Assembly (NCBI RefSeq): GCF_001194135.2
Contig: NC_068992.1
Span: forward strand, 14,833,680-14,870,874
Reading direction: 5' to 3'
DNA: 37,195 bases
From: Octopus bimaculoides
Lineage: Eukaryota
Part shown: positions 33,610-37,195 of the stretch, in pieces
Layout: every line of letters begins with the position of its first letter
Numbering within the stretch: the first letter of the stretch is position 1
The notes under the pieces: model-generated
The model's input: only the letters and a program-made list of their open reading frames with translations
Database searches by the model: none
Told to the model about the DNA's origin: nothing
Position numbers and translations under genes: made by a program

Positions 33610-34879
33610 CCAACCTCAGAAGGGAAAAAGGTGAAGTTGACCTCAGCAGAATTTTAACAAGGAATGCAGAGGAGTGAAACAAAAACTGCAGTGAAATCTA
33701 TCTGGCAACTGAACAACTTCGTTAATACACTATTTAATTTATTTGTGGTGGTCCTATTTATATTATAATTAGATTTTGGACACCTTAATTTGTCTTATTC
33801 TATTCCTGTCTTACTTTTATATTTCAATTCCAGCTATACTCTGTTTCATCCAATTCGGTTCTACTGTACTTGTGGCACAGTTCGTAGTTTAAAACAACAT
33901 TTCTCTTGATAGCAAACTCATGTTTTGGCTAATGAGTAAATGTAAGTACTCGATACTGTGTGTGTGTGAGTGAATGCATGTGTGTAGATATATGTATGTA
34001 TGTGTACATATACACTTAGAAACATACATATGCACATACATACATACATACTAAACATAGCAAATATTTACATTTTCCTTACGTAAGCAAAATACAATTA
34101 TAACATGTTTTCCTTCCAGCTTTTTTGATTTGTTGATGAGAAGATGCAAAGATAATTTAATATTTGACAATTCTGTGTAATAATATTCGAAACCTTATAA
34201 CATACAGACACAATCACATACACACAGGCGTGTACGAGCCCACACACACATTCACTCACACACCATACGCACACAGAGGTATATCAACTATCACAGGCAG
34301 ACTCAAATACATACATAAAACGCTTATAGGCTTGCATAGTCACACAAATATCATGATGTGAGATTCAACAATAATAGAGTAAGCTTCATTATTCTCCTTT
34401 CCATAAGGCAGAAGAAAAGAGCAAATGAACAAAACGTAATAACAAAACAAATTTATTTCCTGTCTTATGACGAATGCATTAACGAAGATATGTCAATCAA
34501 TTTTAATGACACTGTTGAAAGGAGTTAAAATTTATATTGAAATTTGAAGAAACAACAGCGTAAATCATTACTTGAACCTTGGGAGGAGAATATTACTTTT
34601 CACATATATATAAACACAGATATTAAACTTTAACTGGAATATAGCTATCATCTAATGTTTTATATTTAACTATAAATAATTATTTCTATCCTCCCACCAT
34701 GAAAAAGAGATAAAATAAAAATATTTCTGAGAGTTAAGGGGGAGAGTGGAAAAATGACATGACGTGTGTATGATACAGAAAATATTATATCCAAAAGAGT
34801 AAAAATTTGTATCATATCTTGAACCAAGAATTAAAAGTGCAAATATATTTGCTTTCATTTCTAAGTATAAATAGTCTTT

Positions 34880-35253
34880 GCCAGTGGAACAGCAAGAGTT
34901 CTGAGTGTGTGGGAGGCATTAAAGAGTAAAGACCCCCGTCTGTCATGAATGACCATGGGATTGCACTTAGAAAGTTACCCTCCCAGGCACAAGTTTGGGC
35001 ATGGTTGCTTATGGATGACCAGCAGTCGCCCATGCATACCAGCCTCCGCTCTCCATGCCTCCGATGTTGTTCAAGGGAAAGACATAGGCCGAGACAGCTT
35101 GGCATCAGGAATGTCACAACTCATTTCTACAGCTGGAGCAATGTGAAATAAAGTGTTTTGTTCAAGGATATAACACACAGTCTGGTCCAGGAATTGAACT
35201 CACTACTTCATGATTGTGAACCTAATGCTCTAACCACTGAGCCATGCCCCTTC
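34880..35253 (-). mobile_element. tRNA-headed SINE family 4
   Basis: Reverse complement starts gaaggggcatggctcagtggttagagc (A-box) ...gagttcaattcc (B-box). Confidence 0.8.
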
Positions 35254-35404
35254 ATGTTATAGGTATGATAAACAAGAGGAAATTTTGAACTGCTTCCCGC
35301 TGGGGCAGGGGCAGGAAACTGCTGCTCCCTCATCTCCATCTTTGTTATATTTTTGAGCCTTGTGTTCTTCTGTTTATTCCATGCAATGTTGCTTCAAATA
35401 GTCT

Positions 35405-35865
35405 TTGGTAAATGGTGTTGGTGGTGGTGGAGCTGGTATTGAGGACGGTGGTAGTGGTAGATGTGGCGGTGGTGTTGGTGGAGCTGGTGGTATTGGGGAC
35501 AGTGGTAGGGGTGGGAGATGTAGTGGTGGTGTTGGTGGTGTTAGTGGAGCTGGTATTGAGGACGGTGGTAGTGGTAGGAGATGTGGTGGTGGTGTTGGTT
35601 GAGCTGGTGGTATTCAGGACAGTGGTAGTGGTGGGAGATGTAGTGGTGGTGTTGGTGGTGAAGCTGGTATTGAGGGCGGTGGTAGTGGTTGGAGATGTGG
35701 TGCTGGTGGAGATGGAGCTGGTATTGAAGGCGGTGGTTGTTGCAGGAGATGTGGTAGTGGTGGAGCTGGTATTGAAGGTGGTGGTTGTGGTAGGAGATGT
35801 GCTGGTGGTGGTGGTGGAGCTAGTGTAGAGGGCGGTGGTTGTGGTGGTGGTAGTAAGAGTTAGAG
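35405..35865. repeat. GGT-derived higher-order repeat, ~50-57-bp unit ggagctggtattgaggacggtggtagtgg...agatgtggtggtggtgttggt
   Basis: About 8 units visible. Confidence 0.9.
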
Positions 35866-36061
35866 GTGGAGCTAATATTTGATGTAGTAAGAATGGGGAA
35901 AGTGAAGTACGCTTTAGAGCATTTGTTCCAACCCCACCCACCTCAACCACCCACCTTTGTTTATGTTTTTTACTTGTGATGCACTTTTGGGCAAATATCT
36001 AAAACATAGTTGGCTTCATTTGTATGTAAAATTGGAAAAAAAATGTACAGCTAAATGCAAG

Positions 36062-36470
36062 GTAAGAGAGAGGGGGAGGGGAGAAAGTGAGAGAGAGAGG
36101 GAGAGAGATTAAGAGGTAGAGAGGGAGAGAGATTAAGTGGTAGAGAGAGAGAGAGGGAGAGAGATTAAGTGGTAGAGAGAGAGAGAGGGAGAGAGAGAGT
36201 GGGAGAGATTTAGAGGTAGAGAGAGAGTGATGGAGAGAGACAGAGAGAAAGAGAGAGATGGAGAGAGACAAAGAAGAGAGGAGAGAGATGGAGAGAGACA
36301 GAGAAAGAGAGAAAGAGTGATGGTGAGACACAGAGAGAAAGACAAAGAGAAAGAGAGGAGAGAGATAGAAAGAGATGAAGGCAGACAGAGAAAAAGTGAA
36401 AGAGAGAGAAGGAGAAAGAGAGAGAGAAAGAGAGAGAGGAAGAAGAAAGAGGGAGAGAGACTAAGAGAGA
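36062..36470. repeat. (GA)n-rich tract with repeated gagagattaagtggta blocks
   Basis: Direct reading. Confidence 0.93.
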
Positions 36471-36936
36471 GAGTTTTGATGAAGTGATTGTCTAAAACAA
36501 GACATATTTCAACGTAATAAAGTTTATTTACTGAAGCGTACAAAGCATGAAAAGTGCATTGGAGGTGAATGGACATTAGTGTTCTGTCTGTCTAATTGGT
36601 GCTTCCATTCCTTGGTATTGGTCATGTCGTTGAACATGGCATCAAGTGAAGCAAAACTTCAGTAATAACAATTTCACTTTCTTTTATGGAAAAAAAAAAA
36701 AAAAAATACCCTTCCCCCACCGCCAAATAAACAAACAAACAAAAGTAATAAATAATAATATTGCTTCTTAGCCATGATAGATGCTTATGCTGAAGTAGAT
36801 AAGTATAGCCATAAATATAATAGATGGGTATAGACAAGTGTAGTTAATGGATATAACATAAGTGTTCAATATTTTGTGCGTATGTACTATTACAATACGC
36901 GTTTGTATGTATATATGAATGTGTATTGTGTATATA

Positions 36937-37130
36937 TCATCATCATCATCATCATCGTTTAACGTCCGCTTTCCATGCTAGCATGGGTTGGACGATTTGA
37001 CTGAGGACTGGTGAAACCGGATGGCAACACCAGGCTCCAATCTAATTTGGCAGAGTTTCTACAGCTGGATGCCCTTCCTAACGCCAACCACTCAGAGAGT
37101 GTAGTGGGTGCTTTTACGTGTCACCCGCAC
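36937..37130 (-). mobile_element. RTE-LINE 3' end / tail repeat, young copy
   Basis: tcatcatcgtttaacgtccgctttccatgctagcatgggttggacg...cagctggatgcccttcctaacgccaaccactc. Confidence 0.9.
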
Positions 37131-37141
37131 ATATATGTGTG

Positions 37142-37187
<46 letters not shown>

Positions 37188-37195
37188 GTATATAT

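Overview
AT-rich, repeat-saturated animal genomic DNA from a gapped draft scaffold (seven N gaps). The repeat families look like those of a coleoid cephalopod, most likely Octopus; this is recalled family resemblance, not a database match. Most of the window is simple repeats, at least four tRNA-headed SINE families, 5'-truncated RTE and R4/Dong-type LINE fragments, three mariner remnants and one probable solo LTR. Nearly all ORFs in the supplied track are artefacts of microsatellites or N gaps. No gene can be named. The unique DNA at 6.4-16.5 kb holds a phase-consistent chain of small + strand exons that could encode the end of a multi-pass, GPCR-like membrane protein. A competing - strand reading (about 228 aa, 10922-11662) overlaps it, and the two cannot be resolved from sequence alone. 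The most distinctive items are a minimal Penelope-type hammerhead ribozyme with an intact core (25621-25663), a degenerate second one (16929-16964), a 305-bp ~97%-identical inverted duplication (26153-27569) and a fold-back mariner derivative (15341-15968). I found no convincing wholly new biological system.
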